The notes beneath the pieces are model-generated. The model saw only the letters and a program-made list of their open reading frames with translations, searched no databases and was not told the origin of the DNA. A stretch of 64,000 bases of DNA, taken from IMG/VR virus record IMGVR_UViG_3300036760_000689, positions 46,117-110,116 of that record. One strand, 5' to 3'. The position numbers were made by a program, and so were the translations under genes. The stretch's first letter is position 1; each line of letters opens with the position of its first letter. Of this stretch, positions 39,249-48,982 are shown in pieces. The stretch comes from a virus.

Positions 39249-39428
39249 TCAAATTTCATATATGCTACCCTCGAGTCGCGTCCACCGTTCATCCGCGCCC
39301 CGGTGAATCTCGTGGCACATTTCTTTTGCGACATATTTCCCGTTCCGAATTTTGTTCACAAGACCACCCGCGCCGAATACCACAACCGCCGCGCCTACGA
39401 GCATGAGCCAAATTTCCGCTGGAGTCAT
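39249..39428 (-). CDS. 59-aa single-TM membrane protein (holin-like)
   Basis: MTPAEIWLMLVGAAVVVFGAGGLVNKIRNGKYV... Confidence 0.45.
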   Translation of the reverse strand: MTPAEIWLMLVGAAVVVFGAGGLVNKIRNGKYVAKEMCHEIHRGADERWTRLEGSIYEI

Positions 39429-39467
39429 GGAAGCCTCTATAATATGTCTATTGTTTGAGTGCCGTTT

Positions 39468-39887
39468 TTATCCAGCCGTGATCTGCCCCTGAGCTTCGGC
39501 GGCCATCTTGAGCTGCTTCAGATACCGAAGTAGGGCACAAACCCATTGCACAAGGGCGGTATCGATTTTCAGGCCATCCTTTTCGATAGTCCTTCGGAGC
39601 CACTCGACTTCTCCGAGCGTCAGTCCCGCTGAAACGATCGTGACATCCGAATTGACAAATTCCTGCAGCAGCTCCCAGTGCTCAGATTCAGCGATCGCCA
39701 TCCCCTGTGGATAGGCGGCAGAGATAACGTGCCGAATTGCCAACTTCGCCGCCTGGCTGACATGATCTTCCGGCGACGTGATCGAAAAGTTTCGGTGATC
39801 GCCGGCGCTGATCGCCATCTTGGGCGCAGTGAAATCAAACGCCACTTCTTTTGATTCAAACACCTTCCTTATTACCGCCTCTCCCAT
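39468..39887 (-). CDS. Putative fibre-associated chaperone
   Basis: Paralog of 27063-27452. Confidence 0.55.
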   Translation of the reverse strand: MGEAVIRKVFESKEVAFDFTAPKMAISAGDHRNFSITSPEDHVSQAAKLAIRHVISAAYPQGMAIAESEHWELLQEFVNSDVTIVSAGLTLGEVEWLRRTIEKDGLKIDTALVQWVCALLRYLKQLKMAAEAQGQITAG

Positions 39888-39908
39888 GATTCCTCCGCGG
39901 GTTAAACA

Positions 39909-40103
39909 TTACCGAATAACTTCTATCCCGTAAACCGGTTTGACGGTCGGGATACCGGTTTTAGGCCCCTCGTTAAACAAAACTTCGTCAAACATATGCC
40001 CATTGAAGCGCGCGTCTACGACAAAGACTGAAGATTCAATCGGCCCATCATTGAACAGCACTTCGTTGAATAAATTCTCGTTAAATAAACCACTGGTGGG
40101 CAT
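39909..40103 (-). CDS. Small FN-repeat protein
   Basis: LFNENLFNEVLFNDGP / FNGHMFDEVLFNEGP. Confidence 0.55.
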   Translation of the reverse strand: MPTSGLFNENLFNEVLFNDGPIESSVFVVDARFNGHMFDEVLFNEGPKTGIPTVKPVYGIEVIR

Positions 40104-40104
40104 T

Positions 40105-41667
40105 TTAGAAACCTGCCTTTGTCATTCTCTGATCCAATTCCTTAATTGCGTTCAACAAAATAAATGGAAGAGCGTGACCTTGATAGCCCAGTAATTCTGT
40201 ATCTTCCGAATCATTGGGATTAAGCCGCATTTTAAGTTTTTCGATCATGTATGGAGCGATGGACATGATTTCCTGCGCGATCACTCCGATGTGTTCCCCA
40301 TCGTCCTTAAATCCACCCAGGCCATTATATCTATACCATACAGGACCAATCTCCCTGATAATATTCAGGCCATCGTGGAATCGGCCGGTTATGGTTTTGA
40401 TTCTCCGGTCGGAAACTATGCCCCATGTACTTGAGGTAGGCTTATAGGCATCATCAGTGCCAATCTCCAGAGCGTGTCCAGGACTCGCCGTCCCGATGCC
40501 GACGTTGCCAGTTCTTAATACTGTAAACACATCTGTCCCGCCAGCCAATCCTTGATCATTTACAGCAAAGACAGCACCGGTAGCATTCTGAGACAATCCT
40601 ATGACCACGGAACCTGGTCTTGTGGAATGAGCGTGACTAAATAAATTGATAGCTCCGCCATATCCAGCAGAACCAACACCAGCTTGGATACGAAGAGATG
40701 CGCTTCCGGTTTGGACAGCATCCGTTATGATATATCTATCAGTCGCCGCTCCTTGAATTTCAACATTTCCAGCAACACTTAATTTTTGTCCCGGACCCGT
40801 CGTCCCGATGCCGACGTAGCCGCCGCTTGGTTGCAGTAACAAGTTATAGACAGCGGTGTTTGCATCATTCCGCTGGACTTGCATCAAAACATCCCCGGTG
40901 CCAGACACCGCAGTATAGAGGCCGTACAACTTGGCTTCGTTCAATATCCCAAAACTTCCTTTTGCTGTGCCGGGTGTCATCCCAGTAGCGGATTGCCCCG
41001 CAACTTCTAACCTCACGTTCGGCCCCGTCGTCCCGATGCCGACCTTACCATTCGATTCAGTGATAACTGAATCACCTATGGCAGAGGCGCTAGTGAACTT
41101 TGCGATCTGCCCACTTGTTCCACTTAGAGCGTTCGCTTTCGCGTTGAATGTGTCCCAATCAGAATGGTCTAAATATCCGTCCACCGACGATGTGGCCTTG
41201 GGAATCGAAACCTGAGTCGCACCTCCGGATACTTGGCGGGTGGCATCGAATGCCAGAGGAGAAACTGCCGTAAGATTCCCCAGGGTCAAAGCACTCTGTT
41301 TCCCATTGAAGGTAGCAAAATCGGTGTGATCTAAATATCCATCCACGGAGGCGGTAGCCTTGGCAACGGCCAGCGTCCGATCAGCACTCAAGTCCCCGCC
41401 ACCTGTAAGGGGTGCTGTGGTGCTGATGGTACGAGTTGTTGGTACCTTACCAGCGAGATCTGTAACAAGACTAGTAACATCACTTTCGGCGTGCGTATGA
41501 GAAGTAGGAGCAAAACCTGAATGCCCTGCATCCGCATAGGCTAGGTGAGCCAGTTGATCGTGGTCTGCTCCAGGACCTGGGGGTCCTTGATCCCCATCTG
41601 GCCCTTTATCGCCTATCGGACCTTTATCACCAGATGCACTTATTTTGAGATCAGCGCCAAGTTCCAT
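40105..41667 (-). CDS. Fibre protein with collagen-like N-terminus and C-terminal intramolecular chaperone (Peptidase S74)
   Basis: GDKGPIGDKGPDGDQGPPG; GNVGIGT repeats; SDRRIK...GVIAQE...LLNAIKEL. Confidence 0.85.
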   Translation of the reverse strand: MELGADLKISASGDKGPIGDKGPDGDQGPPGPGADHDQLAHLAYADAGHSGFAPTSHTHAESDVTSLVTDLAGKVPTTRTISTTAPLTGGGDLSADRTLAVAKATASVDGYLDHTDFATFNGKQSALTLGNLTAVSPLAFDATRQVSGGATQVSIPKATSSVDGYLDHSDWDTFNAKANALSGTSGQIAKFTSASAIGDSVITESNGKVGIGTTGPNVRLEVAGQSATGMTPGTAKGSFGILNEAKLYGLYTAVSGTGDVLMQVQRNDANTAVYNLLLQPSGGYVGIGTTGPGQKLSVAGNVEIQGAATDRYIITDAVQTGSASLRIQAGVGSAGYGGAINLFSHAHSTRPGSVVIGLSQNATGAVFAVNDQGLAGGTDVFTVLRTGNVGIGTASPGHALEIGTDDAYKPTSSTWGIVSDRRIKTITGRFHDGLNIIREIGPVWYRYNGLGGFKDDGEHIGVIAQEIMSIAPYMIEKLKMRLNPNDSEDTELLGYQGHALPFILLNAIKELDQRMTKAGF

Positions 41668-41676
41668 AAACCCTCG

Positions 41677-42117
41677 TCAGAGTGGTCTTCCATCAGGTCC
41701 CAGCAAATCCATCGGGCTTCTGGCGGGCGATCTTGGATCAATTATAATTGATGTAGATCGAGGAGGTGCCAATTCGATCTCCCGATAACACTTGTTGCAT
41801 TTGACCGATACCGACTGTCCAGCGGATCCCATGATCCTGTATGCCGACGCTTTATTCCGCATATCACAACCTGGACAATTGAAAACAATGTAATCCGTTC
41901 CCTTTGTCTTGGGGCCAAACTGCGTTTGACGACGTCCGCCGCCGAGGTTTATGGTCTTGCACTTCCTGCCACCGCCCCGATTGATGATTTTCAGAGCTTT
42001 TCCCTGAAGAATGACCTTTGGCGTGGTCCCTCCACCAAAAGGAATCGCATCCGGTGCCCACACATCTCTTTTCCGATCTTTATAGAGGGCATCTTTGGCT
42101 TCCTTAGACCAAATCAT
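41677..42117 (-). CDS. Zn-ribbon hypothetical protein
   Basis: CPGC...CNKC. Confidence 0.55.
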   Translation of the reverse strand: MIWSKEAKDALYKDRKRDVWAPDAIPFGGGTTPKVILQGKALKIINRGGGRKCKTINLGGGRRQTQFGPKTKGTDYIVFNCPGCDMRNKASAYRIMGSAGQSVSVKCNKCYREIELAPPRSTSIIIDPRSPARSPMDLLGPDGRPL

Positions 42118-42125
42118 GTCCCCCC

Positions 42126-42515
42126 CTATCTCCTCGGTTTATTTCCCCTTAAGGTGGGATTTGCGGCGATCGCTTGCCGTACAAGAGTCTCAACATTGGC
42201 CGCGCAATCGTGCGCTTTATCGTAATCCTTCTTCAGATACCTCATGAGGGTATATTCATAGATCTCGTGCATCATGTTGATGCCCTGATCGATCTCATTG
42301 CGCATATCCTCGACCCAGATTTCATCTTTAGGGATCCAGGAATAGACGTAACCGTGGCCACCTTCGACATAATCGACAAAATATTTCTCTCGAACATGGG
42401 GGCCATCGACAATGAAGATCTGTGTCCCATCCCAGAGTTTTCCCCAAAGTTTCTTCCAGTTCTTACTTTTTCCTTCGTAGAATCTGATGACAGGCCCCAT
42501 GGATGCCATTTCCAT
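42126..42515 (-). CDS. Zincin-like hypothetical protein
   Basis: GGHGYVYSWIP...HEIYE...YDKAH. Confidence 0.55.
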   Translation of the reverse strand: MEMASMGPVIRFYEGKSKNWKKLWGKLWDGTQIFIVDGPHVREKYFVDYVEGGHGYVYSWIPKDEIWVEDMRNEIDQGINMMHEIYEYTLMRYLKKDYDKAHDCAANVETLVRQAIAANPTLRGNKPRR

Positions 42516-42518
42516 CTC

Positions 42519-44387
42519 CTACGATACTAGTTGAGAGCTTGCTGGTGTCATAGGAGCCGTGGCAGGCATCCCTATTCCGCCACCGCCCTGTGCGGCCATT
42601 TTCTGTTTGACGATGTTGATGAGAATCTCTCTTCCTTCCTGCTCCAGATTCTTGCGAACACTATCCTTCATGCTACCCAGATCTAGGGCTTCGAGCGTAT
42701 TGTCTCGGTCAAAATCACCGCGACCGCGAAGACCCAAAATGAGTTGCTGTTGTTGCAACCGACTGGATTTGAGAAGCGAACCTGGCTGAACCATGAATTG
42801 GAATGAGCGCCAGTGCTCTTCAGGTGGTGTTCCTGCTGGGACCATCGTACCAGGATTCCAGTCAAAATCCTCCCACGTCATGCCATCGGATCCCAGCATA
42901 ATGATTCGACGTTGAAGACTATAAAACTGAAAAACATCCGCCATCATCTGTTGGCCTATTTCCTTCAGGAATCCTTCGATATATCTCACCTTGAGGCGAA
43001 CTAGGGTTTGCTGTCCTTCTTTCATCTGCTCCAGGGTATCGGCGGCGGGGATAATCCCTTTGCGACTGACCGCGCCGAGATCCACGAATCCAGCTTGAGA
43101 ATCCATTTCCTGCTGGACATAAAGCATAACCTGAAACACAAAGCCGGGAAGTTGAGGGGCTGGAGCATATTGTGGGGGCGCAATCGATGCCGGGGAATAG
43201 AATACTTTGGCTCCGGGCATGTTCGGATCCAGGTTTTTTCTAGCGGCAGGACCAAGTGCATTGTCGGGCATGATAATGGGTGGATTGACGGCTTTTTTGA
43301 CTGCATCCAGGATCCCGGCAAGAATATTATTCATCGTATCCTGGAGCGGGATCTGGTTACGAAACTCGCTGACTCCGGGCCATTGCCATGGCACTCGATT
43401 TAGTCTCAGGGCGGCGAATGGGAAACAACCATGATAGAATGGGTTGGGGCCATCATACAGAACGATTGGGCCACCCATGCAGATGAGTCGCCCTCTCGGA
43501 TACAACTTTTTCCCCGGTGCGACCACATATCCATGTTCTGTAACGACATCGCCCACAAAGACATCGGCATTTGAAGTGTTTTTTTGGTTATCCCTTAGCC
43601 AGAATTCTCGGTACAGGGACATCGGAATCACTGAATCCCGAAATTGCGAGGCCGACTGCCCAAAAAGTCGTTTCATTTGCGGGGAAAGAATTTGCCAAGC
43701 CCTCCCAAACATGCCCTGCCCAGCATTGCTTGCGGATGACTGAAATTGGGAATATTCCCTATCCGCTGGTACGGCAAATCCTTTGGTAGGATATTTTTCC
43801 TGAAACCATGCCAATGGTTTGGGTGAACGATAAATCACGCCGAGGGATCGTTGGAGAGTATGGCTTGGCCGGATCGGAATCACATCCATAGCCCCACAGG
43901 ATGTAAATTCGATCTCTCCCTCCCCATTTTTCAGATCTGGATTCCAGACGAGTCTGCCATATCCGATCGTAAGGGCAGCGTGGATAATGATCATGGCTAA
44001 GGTCATATCCACGTCCTCATTAAAAAACCATGCCCGAATCACCTTGTTCAGGACCTTGGCATGATCGTCGAAATTTTTGTTGGTGGCTTTGACTTCGAAC
44101 GATTGTCTGATATCGGTTAGATAGGACACCAACTGAATCAGATTGGTCCAGATCCTGTTGGAAACGGGCGCAGCCTTGTAGCTGGGACGCCTCTCTGTCC
44201 ATTGTCGGCCCATCAGGTAGTTGATATATCGATCCAATTGAACAATATCTTCATACCGCTCCAGTTCATCCTTGGCTTCTTCAAAGACAGCCTGACACCA
44301 TGATGAGACCTGCTTGTCGTGGTCGGATTGTTGCATGGAACGATCCATGCCACCAGAATCGTAACTATACCAACCTGGGAGGTTCAT
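42519..44387 (-). CDS. Portal protein
   Basis: 622 aa; NRIWTNL, GYGRLVW, NPFYHGCFPF, FMVQPGS; lies downstream of the terminase. Confidence 0.85.
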   Translation of the reverse strand: MNLPGWYSYDSGGMDRSMQQSDHDKQVSSWCQAVFEEAKDELERYEDIVQLDRYINYLMGRQWTERRPSYKAAPVSNRIWTNLIQLVSYLTDIRQSFEVKATNKNFDDHAKVLNKVIRAWFFNEDVDMTLAMIIIHAALTIGYGRLVWNPDLKNGEGEIEFTSCGAMDVIPIRPSHTLQRSLGVIYRSPKPLAWFQEKYPTKGFAVPADREYSQFQSSASNAGQGMFGRAWQILSPQMKRLFGQSASQFRDSVIPMSLYREFWLRDNQKNTSNADVFVGDVVTEHGYVVAPGKKLYPRGRLICMGGPIVLYDGPNPFYHGCFPFAALRLNRVPWQWPGVSEFRNQIPLQDTMNNILAGILDAVKKAVNPPIIMPDNALGPAARKNLDPNMPGAKVFYSPASIAPPQYAPAPQLPGFVFQVMLYVQQEMDSQAGFVDLGAVSRKGIIPAADTLEQMKEGQQTLVRLKVRYIEGFLKEIGQQMMADVFQFYSLQRRIIMLGSDGMTWEDFDWNPGTMVPAGTPPEEHWRSFQFMVQPGSLLKSSRLQQQQLILGLRGRGDFDRDNTLEALDLGSMKDSVRKNLEQEGREILINIVKQKMAAQGGGGIGMPATAPMTPASSQLVS

Positions 44388-44402
44388 AGGAGTTCCTCAG
44401 GA

Positions 44403-44426
44403 ACAGACTAACACGAGGTTGTCAAG
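44403..44426 (-). promoter_or_regulatory. Candidate phage promoter motif, copy 2
   Basis: CTTGACAAcctcgTGtTAGTCTGT directly upstream of the portal gene. Confidence 0.5.
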
Positions 44427-44436
44427 TACCCCGGTC

Positions 44437-44724
44437 CTAAAAGGTCGTTTGAGGCGGTCGGAAGTCGGCATCCACCATCTTGACCTTGTGTTCGGCTTCA
44501 AGTTGCCGAAGCTGACTTGAACTTTTGACTGTGACAGGTTCTCCCCCCGGAAGGATATTTCTGGTGCTAAAGACCGGAAACATTTTTAGGGCGCTCAGAG
44601 AATAGATGCGATCGCCCAACTCCCCATCCTGGGGACATTCTTCGGTCACGATTTCGTTGGGTCGGGAGCAATAGACCTCAAAAATGCCCTTGCACTTCCG
44701 GCACTGGTATTCATAAATTGGCAT
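44437..44724 (-). CDS. FmdB-family zinc-ribbon protein
   Basis: MPIYEYQCRKCKGIFEV...CP. Confidence 0.8.
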   Translation of the reverse strand: MPIYEYQCRKCKGIFEVYCSRPNEIVTEECPQDGELGDRIYSLSALKMFPVFSTRNILPGGEPVTVKSSSQLRQLEAEHKVKMVDADFRPPQTTF

Positions 44725-44746
44725 ATTTCCTCCGGGATCGGGGAAA

Positions 44747-44992
44747 CTAGAACTTCATTCTGGTCATTGGAAAACGTTGCCCAGTTCTGACCGCCCTCTT
44801 GATGAATTTGCGTTCGTGATAATTCGGCGTTCCCGCTGTGAGCACAATGGTTTGGATGCGGGTTCGCCCCTTGCGCTTCCCTTGAAAGGTGGCCTTAACG
44901 GTCTCAAGGGGATTGATATATTTGACAGCATGTTTTGCCCCACGCATAACCACCTCAATAACGTCGGTAACTGCTTTCATAGAAATTGCCAT
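44747..44992 (-). CDS. Hypothetical basic protein
   Basis: GGAG Shine-Dalgarno, in operon. Confidence 0.5.
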   Translation of the reverse strand: MAISMKAVTDVIEVVMRGAKHAVKYINPLETVKATFQGKRKGRTRIQTIVLTAGTPNYHERKFIKRAVRTGQRFPMTRMKF

Positions 44993-45135
44993 TGGCCATC
45001 TCCTTCAGTAATAATTTCTGTTGGATTGCCCTTTGTGATAGCACAAAGGAAGCATTTGCCAGATTGCGAGGACGGACTTTTGTCCATTCCGACTCCGGCA
45101 TTGCATAAACCTATAACCATGCAAGAGATTGCGCG

Positions 45136-45858
45136 TTAGTAGAACCACATATCATCCAAACCTTGTTCAATACGTGAATTGAGATATCGGATCATATCCA
45201 GACCGTTGGATTCGGCGAGGTCCTGTATCGGTCCAACGTGTCGCTCGGGGATGATGACCTGTACCAAGACATCTCCGCCGATTTTTCTTATTCCAGTCGC
45301 CAGAGTTTTTGCCGTTTCTGCACGTGTGCGCAGTTCCCGTTCATCCGCGAGTTGCATGTTTAAAGAACATACGGCCCCGAATAGTGTTGCAGAATCGGTG
45401 AAATGACCGAGAATGGAAGTAAGTCGGGCGAAATCGACAGGACCAATAACGATATTCTTTGTCCCTACTGGGATAGGAACTGTCAGATCGAGGACAGGTG
45501 GGGGAGATTCCAGAGGATGGATCTCAGTCTGCTGTGTTGTGGCTTCGACAACTGTGAGATCATGATCTGGAACATCTGATGCTTTTTCTGCAAGTTGAAC
45601 CGGCTGCGCGACAGTCTTTGACCCGAGAAGTGATCCAGGTTGAATCTTGAACGGAAACTGCATTCCCGACTCTCGTCTTTTGGCGGATACTTCCACCATT
45701 AAATTTGAGAGTTGTTCGCGGTCGGCAAATTCATGACCCCGATTGCAGAAATGTGAAAACTTGCCCGTTTGATATTGCAACGATTCATTTACGTTATCAT
45801 TCAGAAAACACAAGGGACACAGGTCGGCTGGACGTTCTTTTTTCGATAAATTTGGCAT
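45136..45858 (-). CDS. Hypothetical protein with N-terminal Zn motif
   Basis: CPLC...CNRGH; GGGAG Shine-Dalgarno. Confidence 0.55.
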   Translation of the reverse strand: MPNLSKKERPADLCPLCFLNDNVNESLQYQTGKFSHFCNRGHEFADREQLSNLMVEVSAKRRESGMQFPFKIQPGSLLGSKTVAQPVQLAEKASDVPDHDLTVVEATTQQTEIHPLESPPPVLDLTVPIPVGTKNIVIGPVDFARLTSILGHFTDSATLFGAVCSLNMQLADERELRTRAETAKTLATGIRKIGGDVLVQVIIPERHVGPIQDLAESNGLDMIRYLNSRIEQGLDDMWFY

Positions 45859-45867
45859 GGCATCTCC

Positions 45868-47757
45868 CTAAAGTTGATCGAAAGGGATATCTCCTTCTCT
45901 GTTTTGCATGAGATCATCCCTATCATAAATCATTGAATATTCAGTGTTTTGGAAATCGTGGTCTTTAGGGGGTTCCTCTTCTTTGAGTTCTCCAACCGAT
46001 CTCGGACGTAATTGGGTCGCGCAGTAATAGCAGATCATATGCGCCATCACAGCATCATCATGTTCCGCACCGCTATACCGTTCAGTTCCTTCCTCTTCCT
46101 CAACAAAATCGAACATCTCATCGATATCGTCTTCGCATCTGATGATAACTGTCCATTCGTCAAGGGCTTCCCGGAAACGTCCTATCAGTTCGTTTTTGTT
46201 TCTGAAAGTAGTCTGCCAACCGATCCAATTTGAATAAGCATTTCTGGCTTTGTCCTCGCGCATCCACCGATACCACCTCGGATACATGAGAACCTTGACC
46301 AAATCGGAAGCAACCGTAGTGATCGTATTGCATTCCGGGGCGATCTCAGCCGTGTTGTAATGGAAACCGAGAGCCGCCAGAATGCGTGCGAACTGGGTCG
46401 GCGGTGAATATCCATGCCATCGCGCTACCTGCCTAAGTGGTTGATTGATGTCCTCGGGAATCAGGTAGACTTGGGCGCAACATGGGTCGCCGTTTTCGAT
46501 GCCCATAGAGGGATCGCCGGATATGTAATATTTCAGTTTCTGCCGTGGAGATTCCCAAATCCTCAACTTGCCGCCCTCCTGTCGCGTCAATTTGGGAGTG
46601 AGATTATTTTCCTCTAGACGGATCTCGCCAGTCCACTTCGGCGGTCGGCAGAAGTAGTTGATCATCTCGTTCAGACGGCGTTTGCTGAAGGCACATCGGC
46701 CAGAGGCAACGAAGGCCTCTGCCGGCGTAAAGGGAAATTCCTGGGAAAATTTCTCCGCATCACCATCCGTCGCCTCAAATTCTGCCATCTTTTCCCGTCG
46801 CCATGCCATTTGTCCATCGGTGAGATTGATCTTGAGTTGTTCTTCTGCCTTCCGAATGATGGCATCTTCCTCGTTGGTCTTTGAAAAGTTGGCAGGCACC
46901 GCAATGGAATATCCCGGTTCGCGGAACCATTCAACGAAAACGAACTTCCAACCTAACGTTCCTTTTTCAGCCGCGCGACAGAGGCGAAACCATGTGCTAC
47001 GACGGCCACGGGCCGTTGACTCCATGATTCCAATGGAATGCTTGTAATTGACGAGCGATCCGAAAATTCCCTCAGTGATTGCGTTGGAGTTGCCATATCG
47101 AGCGACTTCTGCGAGATGTGCGCCATAGAGGGATTTGGAATAGGCGGCACCACCTGGCTGTTTGGCCGACTCAAAATAGATGACGGATTGCATGCCGAGA
47201 CTATAATCCCGGTCGATTTCTTTGGCTCGGTCGAATCCAAGAACAGCACTGCGGACATCATATCGTTTCTCGGGTTGCATCCACCAACAGAGGTTCTCAT
47301 AGGCAATCCGAGCCATAGCGAAATTCACATCCACACGAGTGTCCTCGTCCGACATCGAAAGAACATGCATGTAGGGATGGAGAAATGCCAACCAACACAT
47401 CAGGGCCACCGAGATTGTGGTCAATCCGAGCTGTCGCGCCTTGAGAACAATGAGACGGATGGGTTCATTGGCATTAAATTGGGCCATAAAGTTGGCGAGA
47501 AAGATCTCCTGACTATCCCAGAATGGATAGAAAGGTTGCGGCATAGCCTTTTTGGCGCGGATGAAGAAATAATTCTCGAGGAAATAACGAGGATTCTTCA
47601 GACAGCGGTTGACCTCTCGAGCCACAAACTGCAGTTCAAAGTCGGTAAGCGAGGCCCAAGTTCTGACCGCATCACCGCCGCATTCAACGTATTTTGCGTT
47701 GAGTTGGGCGATCGGTTCGATGATGTCCTTGTTCTTGCGCGGAAGCGATATTAGCAA
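45868..47757 (-). CDS. terL: Terminase large subunit
   Basis: LKARQLGLTT (Walker A), HLAEVA (Walker B), ESTARG, SGDPSMG and HDDAVMA nuclease motifs. Confidence 0.92.
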   Translation of the reverse strand: MLISLPRKNKDIIEPIAQLNAKYVECGGDAVRTWASLTDFELQFVAREVNRCLKNPRYFLENYFFIRAKKAMPQPFYPFWDSQEIFLANFMAQFNANEPIRLIVLKARQLGLTTISVALMCWLAFLHPYMHVLSMSDEDTRVDVNFAMARIAYENLCWWMQPEKRYDVRSAVLGFDRAKEIDRDYSLGMQSVIYFESAKQPGGAAYSKSLYGAHLAEVARYGNSNAITEGIFGSLVNYKHSIGIMESTARGRRSTWFRLCRAAEKGTLGWKFVFVEWFREPGYSIAVPANFSKTNEEDAIIRKAEEQLKINLTDGQMAWRREKMAEFEATDGDAEKFSQEFPFTPAEAFVASGRCAFSKRRLNEMINYFCRPPKWTGEIRLEENNLTPKLTRQEGGKLRIWESPRQKLKYYISGDPSMGIENGDPCCAQVYLIPEDINQPLRQVARWHGYSPPTQFARILAALGFHYNTAEIAPECNTITTVASDLVKVLMYPRWYRWMREDKARNAYSNWIGWQTTFRNKNELIGRFREALDEWTVIIRCEDDIDEMFDFVEEEEGTERYSGAEHDDAVMAHMICYYCATQLRPRSVGELKEEEPPKDHDFQNTEYSMIYDRDDLMQNREGDIPFDQL

Positions 47758-47776
47758 CTATCGAATCGCATATTCC

Positions 47777-48274
47777 TCACCCAAGGTTAGCAATATTTCC
47801 CGATGGTTTTTCCTTGGCCAGTTCAGTCCTTATGAAAGCATCAAGTTCTTTTTCGGTCATTGAGGAATCGTCGAACATACCCTGACGGCGTAGGGTTTCG
47901 ACCTGTTCTTGAATGAACATCTCCTCATCCGAATAGGGTTGGAAATCTCCCTCTGTCGGAGCCATTCTCTTGGCAATGAAGTCCCGTAATCTTTCGCCGA
48001 GAACTGGACCTGCGCTCTGTGCGACCTGTGCTGTCAGTTTGGTGTGCTGTTCCGCCAGTTTGGCGGACTCTCCCACGAGATTGCCCTGGGCCTGCAATTC
48101 GCGTAATATCGAGATGTCCAACGTTAGAATCGTGGAGAGGAACTTGAAGGAGACATAGATTATGGATGAGAGGCCAAGCAGAAACAATCCGCCTGCAGCA
48201 AGTAGTGCTGTAACCATCCAAGGCGTTATATCCACCATTGGCAACGAGGGAAAAGCCTCAACCCAGCGTGTCAT
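47777..48274 (-). CDS. Membrane-anchored hypothetical protein
   Basis: N-terminal hydrophobic helix; TATAAT 6 nt before the ATG (possibly leaderless). Confidence 0.55.
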   Translation of the reverse strand: MTRWVEAFPSLPMVDITPWMVTALLAAGGLFLLGLSSIIYVSFKFLSTILTLDISILRELQAQGNLVGESAKLAEQHTKLTAQVAQSAGPVLGERLRDFIAKRMAPTEGDFQPYSDEEMFIQEQVETLRRQGMFDDSSMTEKELDAFIRTELAKEKPSGNIANLG

Positions 48275-48298
48275 GGCGGTATTATACTCGGAAATCGC

Positions 48299-48589
48299 CT
48301 ATTGCAATGGATTTTTTGGTTGTAGGTAATCGATGGGTTTCAGATCGGTCTGCCAGGGATCTCCTGCCACGATTTCGATTTGAGCCAGATATCCTGCAGA
48401 TCCGTAGTACAAATTGATCCAACCTCCTTCCAAAACAAGACTCCCTTCATGTTTTTTCAGAGGTCCAGGATTTGGAACAAATCGGAGAAAAAGACTGTTT
48501 TCCACCGTAATCTTCCCAGTTTCTGCCTCAGTGACAGTGGGATTCTCTGGCGGTCCCTTCTTTGTTATTCTATCGAAACTTATGATCAT
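48299..48589 (-). CDS. Hypothetical protein
   Basis: GGAG Shine-Dalgarno. Confidence 0.5.
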   Translation of the reverse strand: MIISFDRITKKGPPENPTVTEAETGKITVENSLFLRFVPNPGPLKKHEGSLVLEGGWINLYYGSAGYLAQIEIVAGDPWQTDLKPIDYLQPKNPLQ

Positions 48590-48600
48590 GGATTCTCCAC

Positions 48601-48637
48601 AAACGGATCGGTCCGATCCGAAGATCGGACCAATCCG
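48601..48637 (-). terminator. Strong UUCG-capped hairpin closing the TROVE locus
   Basis: CGGATTGGTCCGATC-TTCG-GATCGGACCGATCCG followed by TTTGT. Confidence 0.6.
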
Positions 48638-48673
48638 CGCAGAAAACTGCTTCCTGCGGATTTCCCCTCTGAG

Positions 48674-48982
48674 TCACTCAGGCTCAAGTTGCTTTTCCAG
48701 TTCCTTGATCTTGGCCTCGATCTCCTTGCGCCTCTCGGTCGCGGGTTTCAAGGACTCAAGATGGGCCTTGTGTTCCCGGAGTTCCTTCTCGATCCGATCC
48801 TGCTGGCGAGTATGAATTTCCCTACGCAGTTCCCGCAATCTGGGAGCCAGCCATTCAGGCTCCTCGGCGTTCAGTTTATCGCATTCGGACTGAACGGACC
48901 TTCCAAGGGCAGATAGGGCGACCATCTCCGCATAATCGGCTCGATCCTTGTCAAAGTTCTTCAGGATATCAATCAACGGCAT
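48674..48982 (-). CDS. Small coiled-coil protein overlapping the TROVE-like gene end
   Basis: GGAGGT Shine-Dalgarno inside the upstream gene; MPLIDILKNF...EPEWL...coiled coil. Confidence 0.7.
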   Translation of the reverse strand: MPLIDILKNFDKDRADYAEMVALSALGRSVQSECDKLNAEEPEWLAPRLRELRREIHTRQQDRIEKELREHKAHLESLKPATERRKEIEAKIKELEKQLEPE

